From Catajapyx aquilonaris (taxonomy: Eukaryota), in assembly GCA_000934665.2 (NCBI GenBank), contig KZ538995.1, forward strand, positions 1-37,059: a stretch of 37,059 bases of DNA, given 5' to 3'. Position 1 is the stretch's first letter; every line of letters begins with the position of its first letter. Position numbers and translations under genes: made by a program. The notes under the pieces were generated by a model. The model made no database searches, was not told where the DNA came from, and worked only from the letters and a program-made list of their open reading frames with translations. Positions 24,546-37,059 of this stretch are shown here, in pieces.

Positions 24546-26729
24546 TAGAATAGATATTGGGTTGGGCGTTATAGTTGTAAGTCATTTTAGTACGTGCTTG
24601 TCATGTAGATACCAACAGTAAAATAACAATGGAGAGATTACTTTGAAAATTCTTTGAAAATAACATATGGTCTGTTTCATAACTTTACAAGTATACCGCA
24701 CAATATTATTATAATTATGAGCAAGAGAAATGATAAATGCGGAAAGATGGCGTGTAGTCCATCAGGTAACCATATGTGAGAAAATCGAGCGTGAAAATTT
24801 ATAGTTTCACTGGTTATTGTTTTAAACCTTGTTGATAAAAGGAATGACAATAAAATGACCTTTCTAGAGTAAATATGCTGCATAACAATGAAAATAGCTA
24901 CAAACTAAATTGACGCTCTTTCCACGGGCCTTTTTCTCATTCTGTGTATGGTGGCCTGCTGGACCATGTGTTTTTTTTGTGTCCCACATAGCATATAGGT
25001 TCTGGGTGTGTCATAGTTATGATAGACTCGGTAGCCTGCAGCTGACCATTAATATTATTGCTCTTAAAGGACTTTTGCCTATCAGTAATTTCATTAACTC
25101 TAGAGTGTAATAATTTATATGAACTAACTCAATAACGGGTTTGAGTGGCCTGAATTTGTTATTATTAATTTTTGATATTTGCATCACGCTGGTGTGTGAT
25201 GTTTATTTTGGACCACTTACGCTAATTGACTTCCGCTAAATAAGGGCGTTTCTATCACATAACAGCTGCATTGCATTTACACACATCATGACATGATAAT
25301 TTATTATTTACTAGTACTTATTTTGATCGTTATAAAATGTTTCATACAGAGTGATACTCGCTGCTTTCTTCCCAGATTTTTACGGCATTATCTTAGGTGG
25401 AACCATATTCAAGAAAGATCATTCGGGATGCTTAAGAAACTCTGCTTTTAATAAGTCCCTAGAAACTTCTTTCCCCATTGCTTTCTACTTAAACTTCTCG
25501 ATCCATCCCAGATTTATGAGCCGTTGTGGATCCCAGTGCTGGCAGATTGCATTCTGGGAGAATTTTGTGGGACTCTCTCCGTTTGGTGGTTTTACGTGGG
25601 CCAGAGTATCTTTGGAGAGCTTCTTCCCTACCTCCCTTTCTCCTCCTCCGTTCGCAGCCACCCAGGAATTGGTAACCCTGGGGAATACCTTTCGACCCGA
25701 AAGAAGATGAAAAGAAGGACATTCTTTTCCGATAAGACATTAGAGACGGTCGGTTATCCTCAGTCACACCGCCCAAGGGTCTCTGCTATACTGTAAAAAG
25801 AACCGACGATGGGATTTCCAACCCATTCGGTTCACTCCAAATTGGTTCCCAGTGCTAGATTTGCACCCAATTGTAACTGGTTTTGCACCCGAACACAATT
25901 ACAACTGTTGCGAAACCACGCTGACAAGTGGGGACGCAGTCATTTCAATACATTATAGTGTAATAAAACATGGTTCTTCCGTAAATGACTGGGGGCCATC
26001 AGCATCCAAGCATGGCAGTCGAATAACAAGTACTGCCTGCGAGATTTGATTAAACAATATATGAGCCAACATTGGTTAAGTGGCCTCACCTGCGTTCATG
26101 AATTATGATTAGTGTTATATGTTATGTGATGCGTAGTGAAACTCGTACAGGGCAGCTAGAAATGATCATGTTATATCCAGTAGTGTATCTACATGTTAGC
26201 TAAATTATTGATGTAACATGCGCCACCGTAATGTGCGGATCAATGTTGCCACGTGACATGTCCCCGTCTTTACGTTTCAATTTTTTTCCTCCTTTTTCAG
26301 CTATCCATTTTGATTCCCAAACATTTTTCATATTATACACTTTGATTAGCATAATAATTATTGAATTCTATAGTGCATTAATTAATAGGCAGCCTTTCGC
26401 AATAGTCAAATTGGATTGACTTAGAGGAGGATGTACTCCTTTGTTCCTCGGGACCCTTTCTCGACACCCAGTTGTTGCCAGGTCGCTAGTCTTCTCCCAC
26501 ATGGGCCTTTGGTGTCTGTAGCAGGCAAGATCGATAGGGCCTATCTTGTCCACCTGAGAGAGTGCAACAGCGCGATGCTGAGTTTAGGCCTGTGAGATTA
26601 AAGTCTTATTTTCTACGCCCACCCAGAGTGATGTGCTCATTTGGCGATAGAGAGAGGTCACCAAGAAATTAAATGGACTTCATTTCTAATAGCTATATTG
26701 TACCTGCAGTAAATAATATAATCGGTTAT

Positions 26730-26887
26730 GGCTGGGAGCACTGAACTCGGCAAAACTAATCTGGCCAGATTTTGTCGCAAAAAACGATGTTATTGATTGT
26801 TGGTTAATTTGTTGTCAACAATTAATAACAAAGTTTTTGCGGTGTAATCCGGCCGGGTTTGTTTTAGTGCGTCCAGTGCTCCCAGCC
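26730..26887. mobile_element. 158-bp foldback MITE, possibly PIF/Harbinger-type
   Basis: TIR GGCTGGGAGCACTG ... CAGTGCTCCCAGCC, with an imperfect inverted repeat continuing to the centre. Flanks TTAT / TTA suggest a 3-bp TWA target but are not a clean TSD. Confidence 0.75.
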
Positions 26888-27150
26888 TTAGCCATGTAAG
26901 GGGAGCTTATGGATTTTTGTACCAGGCACAAAAAAATTCCCTGTATTAGTTGTTACCTCTGATTAATAGGCCAAGTAGGCCTATGTTTTTTTGTTTAATT
27001 TTACAGCCTGTCGTTATTGATTTCAAGCAGCATCACCTTGTAAAATAAAGCGAGGAATTCTGATTCAGTTCTCTCTGCCCCTGCTAGGAATGCCTGATTA
27101 TGTGTTGCATTTTCAGTTGGATGCCCGTCCCATCTCTCTTAGAAAATGAA

Positions 27151-27492
27151 TGATAATAAATAAATAAATAATCCGGGTAGTGCTTAGACCCCTCTTGGGG
27201 CATTGCACGGACCTTTATTATTAACTTTATGTACACTTGTACACAACTGGAACCTTTTAGCGAAGCGCCTGGGCCCACGGGCTGGGATGAGTGGTAGGGG
27301 ATGTGCAATGTGCAGTGCAATTACTCGTACGGTACATTTTGTGAACTCCTCCGGGTGGTTAGTCTCAAGGCGTCCCACCCGAGACGAAGCCAGAGACGAC
27401 CCAACTCTGCACGAGATTAAGGGGCTTGGGATCGAACTCGCGACCCTTACATCAGTGTGCGCGTACGTTTCCGCAGCGCCATTCCGTCTCCC
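27151..27492 (-). mobile_element. tRNA-derived SINE, family C copy 2 (different 3' tail)
   Basis: Minus strand GGGAGACGGAATGGCGCTGCGGAAACGTACGCGC...GTTCGATCCC...GTCTCTGGCTTCGT.TCGGGTGG...GGAGTTCACAAAA aligns with copy 1; the tail is (TTTA)n. Degenerate TSD ATCTCTCTTA(G/T)AAAA(T/C)GAA at 27132-27150 and 27493-27511. Confidence 0.9.
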
Positions 27493-27568
27493 CATCTCTC
27501 TTATAAAACGAACAATGCAAGTTTGGTCAGCCATTTCTCACAACCAGGAGTCAGGAGTAATAATAGAC

Positions 27569-27626
<58 letters not shown>

Positions 27627-27637
27627 CAATAATAATA
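27569..27637 (+). repeat. (GAT)n microsatellite followed by (AAT)n
   Basis: About 19 ATG/GAT units; explains the poly-M and poly-D ORFs. Confidence 0.97.
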
Positions 27638-28054
27638 AAAAATACTCTTTAAGCAGTTTGAGCCTGTAAATTCATATGCGTTTGACATTCAGGCCAAAAA
27701 TACAGTCACACAACTGCCAACTACCAGCTTTGATGTACGTAGAGTATGACGTGTGCAAGTGATGATGGCTTTGATGAACCACACCGCCTGGGTGCGTAAA
27801 GCATAATTCAGCTAATTATTATCAATATGACGTGACAACATTATAATAATTTTGCGCGCATGCTTTGCTCTCAAGTGTCAAGCTATACGTAACATTAATT
27901 GCAGATGTGTATTATTATATACTAATTACTGGTAGCACCATCACATGGACCACACGCCATTAATGAAGGTGTATATAAGTGCTTCAGCCCGCTGAAGAAA
28001 GCTGCATACATCTACATTAGTATAGGCCGTATCTCTGGCAAGGAACAATATATT

Positions 28055-28071
28055 ACTACTACTACTACTAC

Positions 28072-28111
<40 letters not shown>

Positions 28112-28135
28112 GGTTGGTTGGTTGGTTGGTTGGTT
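28055..28135 (+). repeat. Compound microsatellite (ACT)n(ATT)n(TTGG)n
   Basis: Three consecutive simple-repeat tracts. Confidence 0.95.
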
Positions 28136-28419
28136 GCCGCTGATTAATAATGAAACTTTTCATAATTATATGAATATGTATAAATTTAGTATCTTGAACA
28201 TTATTTTGTATTTACACACATATGCGACGAATATTATTTTATGAATTTTTATTGAATTCTTATCTGAAATGTATATGGCATGCATGGGTTAGTCATCATA
28301 ATGCTTACAATATCCCGCCGTGTTTTTCTTTAGTTTACCCTGACCTAAATCTATACTAACACTTGGGCTGGATCCTAACTTGGTACATGTATTTAACATA
28401 ATTTGTTTTAATGTATCTC

Positions 28420-28680
28420 GAAGAATGGGTGAGCAAAGCCAAGAACGTTGCTGAAGTGGAGAGTTTCTCGACTCAAATAAGGGCGAGAATGGCGAACAGG
28501 AACACAAAGGATTCCAGGAAGAAAAGGTCCTAGAGGCAGGAGACGAATGCCCCGAGTAGGAGGCCTAATTTAATCGAGTGGCCCTGAAAGAGCGACTTGG
28601 AGGCCTTGACAAATGCAGAGCCATCTAAGAAAATCCGGCCAACGGGATTCCAGAGCCTGGAAATAGTGCAAATCGTGCAG
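28420..28680 (-). pseudogene. Possible highly decayed 3' end of a non-LTR retrotransposon ORF2 (CR1/Jockey-like)
   Basis: Minus-strand fragments ALESR / IFLDGSAFVK and SRNSPLQ loosely resemble the L..RR...D...F.K and NSP..R motifs of the ORF2 C-terminus. Frameshifted and weak. Confidence 0.25.
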
Positions 28681-29748
28681 CACCTTAGAGTAGAATCGAA
28701 GGTGAATTATACTACGGGTATAGTATTGATTTATAGGATGCCAAACGCCATTTAATAATCATGAGCTACAATCAACTTCGGTGAAAATGTTGACTCGGAT
28801 TCCTCCCAGCAGCACTGCACACTCGTTGATAATTTTGTTCATTCAATAGGAATAGAGGGCACATTCAAAGATCACATGGTGGTACCATAACCACTAAGGA
28901 TATAGCCATAGTATGTAGCCACATTATAATAATGATCTTGATTAGAGAGTGTCCAGATGTTGCCAAGTCGCTGAATTGCTTGTACAGGTCAGTCTTATAC
29001 AGATGATGCCGCACTAACTTACTGTGATGGTGTAAAGAATAAGGTGGAAGCTGAGAGGTTGTTTACGTCAGGAGGAGAACTGCTGGCTGAAGCTGGAAGT
29101 GATAATTGTTTCTCATTATTAGTAGGCTGTATCCTTGTGTGCGTCTGGTTCTGGGTGCGTCTTAAAGTTAAGGAAATGACCCCTTCAGGCAGATTACCTC
29201 GCGAACAGGTGTACCGGTCTGGGCTTGTTATAGTGTCGTGCTATTACGGGAGTTGCTAACAGTCCTTGCCGCAAAGTCGGCCATGTTGAATCCATTATGA
29301 GGGGTATGTATAGGATTGGCCATGATTCACAGGCAGATTCAGCGTGGGACTAGTTTCTTCAGGCACGAGGCACCACAAACACATTTCACTATAATAAATT
29401 CTCCAATAACATGGATATTTTGTAGGATGTTGTCCTTTTATATGGTCTATTTTCATTCGTGAATAAGCACGTGAACAGCGTATTTTATGCACCATATACT
29501 CTTTCGACAAAGAAAGTTTATTGATCCAACAATATATCATACAGTGTGCCTCAGAGAACGGTGGTCCTAATAGAGAGCAGAACCTTAGAAAAAGTCTCAC
29601 AAATGCACAGCCCATATACTTATTCCTTGTAAATTTTGCTAGCTCCATTTGCAGTGCTAATTAAAGAATGAAAATGCTAAATTTTAGTTTGTACTAGCAG
29701 TCACAGTGGAAATATGAATGGAACAAATAATTTTATAATGCTGCATAA

Positions 29749-30973
29749 TAGGGCGGCTCGATTTCTTTTTCGAAAGTTGTAGTTCGCTAGTGAAAAAATG
29801 TCGTGTTGTGAGATCCTTTTGACGGGTAAAAAATCTGAGTCATGTGGGTTAATATCCTAAGGCTCCACCAGGGGCGTAAGTGACGGAACTTCCGGGGTTT
29901 AGCTTTATGGCACTTACCCGGCCTAAAAATGAAAGGTTGTGGCCCTTTGGTAGATAATTGTCGTTATCTTTGCGATATCTTGCGCCGTTGACGAGATATA
30001 GACCAAAAACATAGGTCCAAAAATTACACAGGGGAACAAAATTGAATATTTTTTGTGCCTTGAAGGTTAGACCGATTTTAGGGTATATATGCGGCGCTGA
30101 TTCCGGAACAGGCATCCGTTTTTCTCCACCAGCTCTAGTCTTCGAGATATAGCGTTTTAAAGTTTGGACAGGTTTACTAGGGGTCTTTCCGAATCAAGTG
30201 AGCCGAAATCGTTTTACATCGTCTCGGATCTTGGTGAAAATAATCACACATGTACAGACATATGCCATAATGCTGCATATCAAGTTTCAGCCACATTGCG
30301 CAATACTATTGGGAGGGAAAAAATCGAGAAACTTTGAAAATGCCCGTGTCTGAACAAGTGACCAATGAAATGTAAAAATAAATTTTCGATACATTTAAGA
30401 GAAAAATTAATTTCATATGCGCATTCTCCGGGTGTTTCTATTTCTATTGGCATTATGGTAATTGGGTTTTGACCAATTCCACTAATCAAAAAAAAATCTC
30501 TAAAAAGGCCTCATTTTCGGCCATTTTCAAACTTCCCCTCCTAATGGTATTGCGCAATGTGGCTGAAACTTGATATGCAGAATTATTGCATATGTCTGTA
30601 CATCTGTGATTATTTTCATCAAATTCGGCCTAATCTTCAATGCACCCCCCCCCCCAACACACAATTTTGTTCCCCTGTGTAATTTTTGGACCTGTGTTTT
30701 TGGTTAATATCTCATCAACAGTGCAAGATATCGCAAAAATAACGACATTTCACCCCCAAATGGCCACAACTTTTCATTTTTAGGCCGGGTAAGCATACTT
30801 GCACACCAAACAGCGAAAACCCGGAAGTTGCGTCACTTACCCCCATGGCAGAGCCTCAGGATATTAACCCACATGACTCAGAATTTTTACCCGTCCAAAG
30901 GATTGCCCAACACAACATTTTTTCACTAGCGAACTACAACTTTCGAAAAAAATAATTTTTCTATGCCGCCCTA
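29749..30973. mobile_element. 1225-bp non-autonomous hAT-type element with long subterminal inverted repeats
   Basis: Perfect 8-bp TSD CTGCATAA (29741-29748, 30974-30981); termini TAGGGCGGC...GCCGCCCTA. Inverted arms 29749-30044 / 30662-30973 and a second internal inverted pair ~30231-30319 / 30533-30623. Confidence 0.93.
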
Positions 30974-31059
30974 CTGCATAAGTTAGGATACATTACAGAG
31001 ACATACCCTGACTGGTTAGACTGGGTAGAGACGTATATGTCATAATACAGATCAAATTT

Positions 31060-31310
31060 TTGTAGTCAAGATTATCACTCTGGAACCAGAGTCCTGTGCC
31101 GTGAATTTCAGAATTCCAACTCACATCGTAATCAGCTGAAATGTCTGTTGAAGACTCCCGGCTCCTTCCTGGTATACTCTTGTGCTCAGCCACATTTTAG
31201 TCCATAGGTTATTCATCCTCCACGAGCACCCTTTCTTATTTCCATCTCAGGGCGACAACACGACTTGTGGCCGACATAAACGTAACTTTTCTGCCGATAT
31301 GAACATGGAC
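31060..31310 (-). pseudogene. Possible decayed Tc1-like transposase N-terminal fragment
   Basis: Minus-strand pieces TFMSATSRVVALRWK, RSRESSTDISADY and EIHGTG/SGSRV resemble Tc1 patterns SR.TVSRV...W, R..T..EI.A.Y and LH..G..SR in the expected order. Multiple frameshifts and stops. Confidence 0.35.
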
Positions 31311-33818
31311 TCAAATTAATAACACAGAGAAATCTATTGAATGACTCTTCTCTGCTAAAACTGAAGAAATTATTTCGAGGAGAGATAATTCAACTGTATC
31401 ATAATAACTAATGGAAGAACATAATATGTACTGGGCTGAACTGCTATCTTCATTATTTATTTTTGCGTTATTACCACTTTCTTCCAAGAGTTGCACAAAT
31501 CTTAGACATAAGTAACAATGAACCACTCAGAGCCATGCGCAATGTTGGCATGCTACTTGAATGCTGTAGTTTCTTAATTCAAGGTTCACTATATATCATC
31601 TCCTGAACACTAGAAATGTTGCAGGCTTTGTGACTTCTATTGTGTTAGGCCATATACCCATGCCTTGCATTATTTCTGACCATCTTAGAATAATTTATAG
31701 TTCAAGTTAGTTGTGTAGAAATTTCTGGTGCAAAAACTGCTCCTTTGTAGAATAGGCCTACCCTATTCAGATGAAACGTACAATCATCTAATACAATATA
31801 ATAATTATTTAAAATATTTCTTGTGTTTTATCATACACATCATGACAGCTACTACGCAGTCTAACCCATTGCTTTTGCAATATGAAAATTTCTGCTTTCT
31901 TTCAAGTTAGCATATAAAGTAGAGCAGATACTGCAGTTAATAATGACTGCACAACGACTTTGTATCCAATTCTGCGTTGAGAACAACAGTAAAATTCCCG
32001 CCTCTTTCCCAACTTTGTAAATTGCCAGCCATCATAAATTCATAAGGTATCAGGCAGCCATCGTCAGAAGAGAGCGGGAGAAAAAAAGGCATGGAAAAGA
32101 AATCCAATTTTGGATGGTAATGAAGTTCCTTTTCAGTAGTACTGATTGTCGAAAAGAAGTCTAGAAATTTCAGAGTTTTTTTTCGCTTGTACCCAGTACT
32201 ACAAAATCGTCAAAAGAATATTTTAAAAGCCAGTTTTGTGCTGGTCTAAAAAAGAACACACCGAAAATTGCTCCGCAAAACGAAGTGGACCAAGCCTGGC
32301 GTGTGATTCCGCGGTTTCCACCCGTATTAATTGATGTGTCAGTTTTATTTTTGAGGTTGTCAACCGCGTTGTTGGTCCTTATGAGCGGATTTCTGCGCCT
32401 GGCACTTTAATTTCTCCTTCACAAAGAGGGCAAGCCTGGCTGATGTTCGCAATTGTGCAGTCGAGAAGGCTTGTGTGTTATTATTTTTGCTTGCTCGAAA
32501 CATAATTGCGCATGTGGTTGGGAGGATAATTGTTTTTCCAGGGGTTTTGTTTTCAACCGAGTTTCATTCATGTCCAAAGACATACCCCGCATAATGATAG
32601 CAAAATGTTATTGCGACTAGAAATATTGCCAGTCCAATAGCCTCGCCGCTTCGGACTCCATACCGAAAGAATGCCCCCCCCCCCCCTCCCGTTATTGCAA
32701 AGGGGTCATGCAGATTTTGGGGCAATATAATTCGAGCGAGGGCATAGCAAATTGGCTGCAGCTGATGAAATCAATGGTGAAGACATGAGTTTGACGGATT
32801 TCATAGTGGGTAGCCTTGGAATAATGAATAGTCTACATAGCTCAGAGCCATAACAGTGGAAACGCTAGTCTCTTTGGAAAGCCCTTCAAATGTGGTTGGA
32901 AACTCAGGAGAATGAGAAGACCGTTTGTAACGCGATCATTGTTGCGTTTGTCATGTGATTTCTCAAACACAGCGAAAGTATAGTTTATTTATTTGCCTCA
33001 CATTATTTACGGGGACAATTTTTTAAATAAAAAAAATCCCGGGACACTTTGGAACACAACGGTTTTAACGTGGAAAAATAGTCGCACATAAAAAAAGCAG
33101 AATAAGCCATTGCTAATAATGACATTAAACATACTCTATGTTCAGCCCACTGTCGCATAACCATCTTGAAGGAATGCATTAAGATTTTTTATACTTCAAC
33201 TTGTTACTTTATAGACCCGGTAATATACCGTACTATTTATAATAATTATGGTTGCGTATATAGGTTAGATAAATTGTACCGTGCTTTTTAATGAATGAAA
33301 TTTTAATACAGGTATTAACTGCCCTTGGTAATGCTGCTCATTTCCTAAATCCACTAATATTCATCCCAGTTTATCATTAATTTACAGTGTGGCAGGATGG
33401 TATAGAAGTATGCCTATTATTCCTGCACGATAGCCCTTAAGTTTAATAGCTTCCTGTACTTTCGGTACTTGCGGAGCCTGAAAAGCATATTACCGGTACG
33501 TCTCCTGAAAGGTATGAACTCACAAAGTCACGCTTACAGGCAAATAGTAATTAGCTAATAGGCCCTGTTTAGCCTCTCTGGCTCATAAACAACTATAGAA
33601 TGCCTGAGAGGGGGAAGCTGAGGCCTCTCAGTTTCTCGTTTATAAATTAGTGCAGTGTAACGCAAAAAGTCTGCTGACGTCACGGATGTTCGACTGGCAG
33701 ATTGTCCAGAGTGGTGATGAGTACGCAGTAGATGCTCTCGACGTCCGAGCGTGACCAACTCATCAGGACATCATAATCTCATATATGAACAAATGTCAGG
33801 ATTTGGCAATGCTTGTAT

Positions 33819-34510
33819 AAGAATGTTATCAAGTGAGATAGGTAATTTGTAAGAAACCTTACGAATTTTACGTATTTTCTTGATATACTGAGATTTTTGG
33901 TGCAAATGGTGCCTGATAGTGTATATTAGAAAGGAACTCTATAATATTTCAAACAAGGAATACAGAGCTGACGAGTGAGATCTTTGCGTCAAAATGCTGA
34001 GAATTTGCAGATTTGTCAAGTTCCAAATGGCCATATAAGGACCTATTATCCTGATATAATTTTTATTTCAATGTTTTTATGGCATTGGAATGTGACAACA
34101 TTTAGTTCATGCTACTTTTTCACTGAAGCTGACAATGAATAACTTGATGACTATGCGATAACTTTTTGAGGTATTCATACTGGAAAAACTCAGTTCATTA
34201 TTAAGGGTTTGTTTCAATGAAGAATATATTAGGCCCTACTTTAAAAGGGTGGACATCATCTACGTACAAATGTTAAAAAAAAATCAAAGTTATTTCAGGC
34301 TCCTTGCGCCTTCTCTGGTCATTGAAACTAGCATTTGCAAATTTGCAGCATTTTAACATTAAGATCACATCTAGGCATTCCTGATTTGTAAATTGTAATA
34401 TACACTACAAGCATCAATTGCACCAAAAATCTTAGTAGACCAAGCAAAATCGGTGCCCTACAGATTACTGATTAGGGATTAGACTACCTATCTTACTTCC
34501 ATACATTCTT
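33819..34510. mobile_element. Old degenerate foldback element (MITE-like, ~690 bp)
   Basis: AAGAATGTTATCAAGTGAGATAGGTA pairs with TACCTATCTTACTTCCATACATTCTT; TACTGAGATTTTTGGTGCAA..GTGTATATTA pairs with TAATATACAC..TTGCACCAAAAATCTTAGTA; AAAATGCTG pairs with CAGCATTTT. Exact termini and TSD not resolved. Confidence 0.7.
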
Positions 34511-36308
34511 TGGCCCTTGTCTTTGACATTGTCACTTACAGTAGACTATATATAAGTTAGTAGGCCTAAATGGATTTTACTTTCAAAGGATGACCACCAT
34601 ATTCGTTTTGTCTTGCACCACCACAATTTTTAATGGAATTTGTTCCTAATAATATAAGGTGAAAAAGTGAAACTCACTACAGTATAATATGTGCTATCCC
34701 GTGATAAGCCTATGGCCTTTTAGGAAATCTCTTTTCAGTGACCCAACTTTGATTCATGACTGCAATTGTGATGGATTTTTATTGTGGGAGAAAGGAGGAG
34801 AGCTCCCAAGAAAACCCAAGTGAATAGGAAAACCCATCAAAGCTCTTTTCAGAGTGAAACTGAGTTTTGTACTATCTACTCCGGTATTGCGGAAATCCTC
34901 ATTTTAAAATCAACATTTTTCCATTGATTGAAAAATGGCCACAAGAGACCCCAGGAACATGACTGTGATAATTTTTCCTTTTGTTTTACTTCCATGGCGA
35001 TATGCACCGTGGCTTTGATGGAGAAAAGGTTATTTTTGTCCTGTGACGTCATGGTGGCGATAGTGAAAGGAGATAAAAACGACGGCTAGATTTCAGTTGT
35101 GCGGGAGTGCGGTGACCGCAAGGGTTACCTGCTGGAATTCTGCGGGCTAGTGTGCTTCGACCTAGGAGTTGGCCCACGATGGAACACCACTGACAGACTT
35201 TCCTCATTTTGTAAGGTGAACTTGGTTTCTGGTGAGAGGTCGAAAAGTGAGTGGTATACGCGTATACCCACGCCGGTTGACTGTTCCATACCTATTTGAC
35301 ATACTGGTTATAAAAGTCGGCATTGTTTGGGAGAGGTAGGCAAAGATGATCATAAATATACTGTACTGCAGTGGCTACGTAACCTGTGTTTCAAGCCCCG
35401 TTGTTGATGCCATTCGAGTATATTGCTGGAGGCTTTTTGGCATTTGCCTAGTTTTATTTTGCTCATGCTATACTGTACCTATAGTAGGCTATACAGCGCA
35501 ATTTTTTCATCATGCTCAGCCGTAGTAACCTTATTGGCTTCCGAGATCTTAAACTGCCACATTTTCTAAAGTGAATAGGACATTATGCTGATAACGAAGA
35601 AAGTACAGTACAATTAGTTTAGTACGGTACTAATTTAGAGACCGATTGTAATTTTCGGGTTTGCAACACGATATAGGGGGCACGATTGTGACAGAAAAAT
35701 AATAATATTTTCAATTTGTAGCGTATACACATACTGTATGTGGATCTCCAGTTCAAAATGCAGGCTGTATTTCCTAATCAAAAGAGATTACAATTTTGAA
35801 AATATTTTTATAATACGGTTAATGCAAGCACACTTTTCACTGCAACTTGCAGCAACAAAAAATATTTGTTTGCTGTGCCTGCACACGCCTTCAAATACAC
35901 TCAATCCCAGATCCTGGTGTGTCAGGACCAGCCCCTGGACACTTCTATCCCAGCGCAATAGAAAAGGCCGATCCGTTATTCCTTCCCGCAGCGGCGCTAG
36001 TAAAAACAATGGAATCTCGCTGTGCGTGTCGTTCATTCGCCATAACAACTAGCGACCCTGTCGGTACAACCCAACCCTCCCGATTACTACCAATAGCGTA
36101 TACCAAGATGGCCGCAATATGGGGATGTTCACATCATGGCCACCTCCAGTCAGCGCCACGGCGGGATTGAGTAACGGATCGCAAGATGGCGGGGAGTTTC
36201 CCGACCTCTCCTTCTAAGACCGTGGTCAGGACACATACCATAAAAATAATACGTACAAGTTGTAAAAATTCGGCCAACCTTTTTTTTAAACAGGTAGTCC
36301 AATGAACT

Positions 36309-36925
36309 ATTCTTGTGTGCTGTGGCCGCGCCAATATTCTAGTAGCGTCCGTCAAGGGTGCAGTATGTGATGTGGGACTATTCGGGTTGGTTGGTAAGGA
36401 GTATACTATGGGAGAGGAATAAAGTCTGAGCTAGTACGGGGCAGAGAGCGGAAGTGTTTGCTGGTGGTTAGAAGAAAGTGTTATTTGGGGACTCTGGTGA
36501 GTGAGAGCTGCAGTTTGAGGTAAATAAGGTGTTTTGGCAAGAAGGTCTGTGTTTCCTTAAGTTAGAGGGGCACAGTTTGGCTCCGATGTGCCAAGTGTCT
36601 GGTCGACCGAACAGCACAATGACCTGAAATAATGGGGAATGTTCATGAAAGTCAGTCGCAAAGGGATGTACGTGTTAAATGTCAATGACCGTGAGCAGGA
36701 CGGTAGTAATTATGATTCATCCTCATAAGGGCCAAATGGGGGCCGTCGATAATCAGTCACACCCAAGAAAACTCTCTGATACGCCATCCATTGATTTTGT
36801 TGAGGACTTCGCGTCAGCTTTCGCTCTTCCGCAACTTGTCACATTCAAAGGACCTGTTCAAAGTTATCCTGGCAAAGAAAGGCCACCCACATGGCTCAAT
36901 GATTCGTGTCAATTAGATTGGAGCA
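36309..36925 (+). pseudogene. Possible decayed LINE apurinic-type endonuclease domain
   Basis: Ordered motif remnants with stops and frameshifts: SGSVCWWL (GGGV..yv), GRPNS (YRPP.S), IMGNVH (i.GDFN), FALPQLV...PTWLNDSCQLDW (L.QLV..PT.....LD). Confidence 0.35.
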
Positions 36926-37059
36926 GATCAATGAAACTTGGCAACGCAGGGGAGTTGGATCAAAATGTTGCTGTCCAGCCACTCTAATATATGTCATTCA
37001 ATGGAAGAATGCTTCTAAAGGGTGACCTTCATCAGTTTGGAGAAAGAGTTCGGCCTTGA

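Noticed and set aside
25489..25776. RTE-type LINE C-terminal remnant
   Set aside because: Only a vague AHV..P resemblance; not supportable.
33730..33770. Penelope-type minimal hammerhead on the minus strand (CCTGATGAGTTGGTCACGCTCGGACGTCG)
   Set aside because: The GAAA core is absent and there is no supporting Penelope sequence; at best a degenerate relic.
35788..36200. P/THAP9-like transposase C-terminus (CRH..IFF) and CAAGATGGC motifs
   Set aside because: Similarity is too short and no termini were found.
130..36987. Short ORFs in the six-frame track as host genes
   Set aside because: All are 150 aa or less with no recognisable domains apart from TE remnants. Many lie in MITEs, SINEs or microsatellites (poly-M/D, RE repeats, poly-T). 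Small spliced exons cannot be excluded without RNA data.

Overview
This window looks like non-coding eukaryotic DNA, probably from an arthropod or insect (inferred from repeat types), lying in a very large intron or intergenic region. I see no intact protein-coding gene, rRNA, true tRNA gene, CRISPR array or prokaryotic system, and almost all listed ORFs are chance ORFs. The recognisable content is a set of short non-autonomous mobile elements. These are five tRNA-derived SINE copies (four with visible target-site duplications), several TA-flanked Tc1/mariner-type MITEs, a 1.2-kb hAT-type element, a hAT-like insertion nested in a MITE, and P-like and Harbinger-like mini-elements. There is also a clear decayed mariner transposase, weaker Tc1 and LINE remnants, microsatellites and one assembly gap. 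The most unusual observations are (i) two abutting 64-bp spacer-less palindromes (A-A'-B-B') at 10184-10310 and (ii) a conserved, structured 3' tail module shared by SINEs with different heads, which is replaced by a different tail in one copy. All alignments were done by eye, so coordinates may be off by a few bases.
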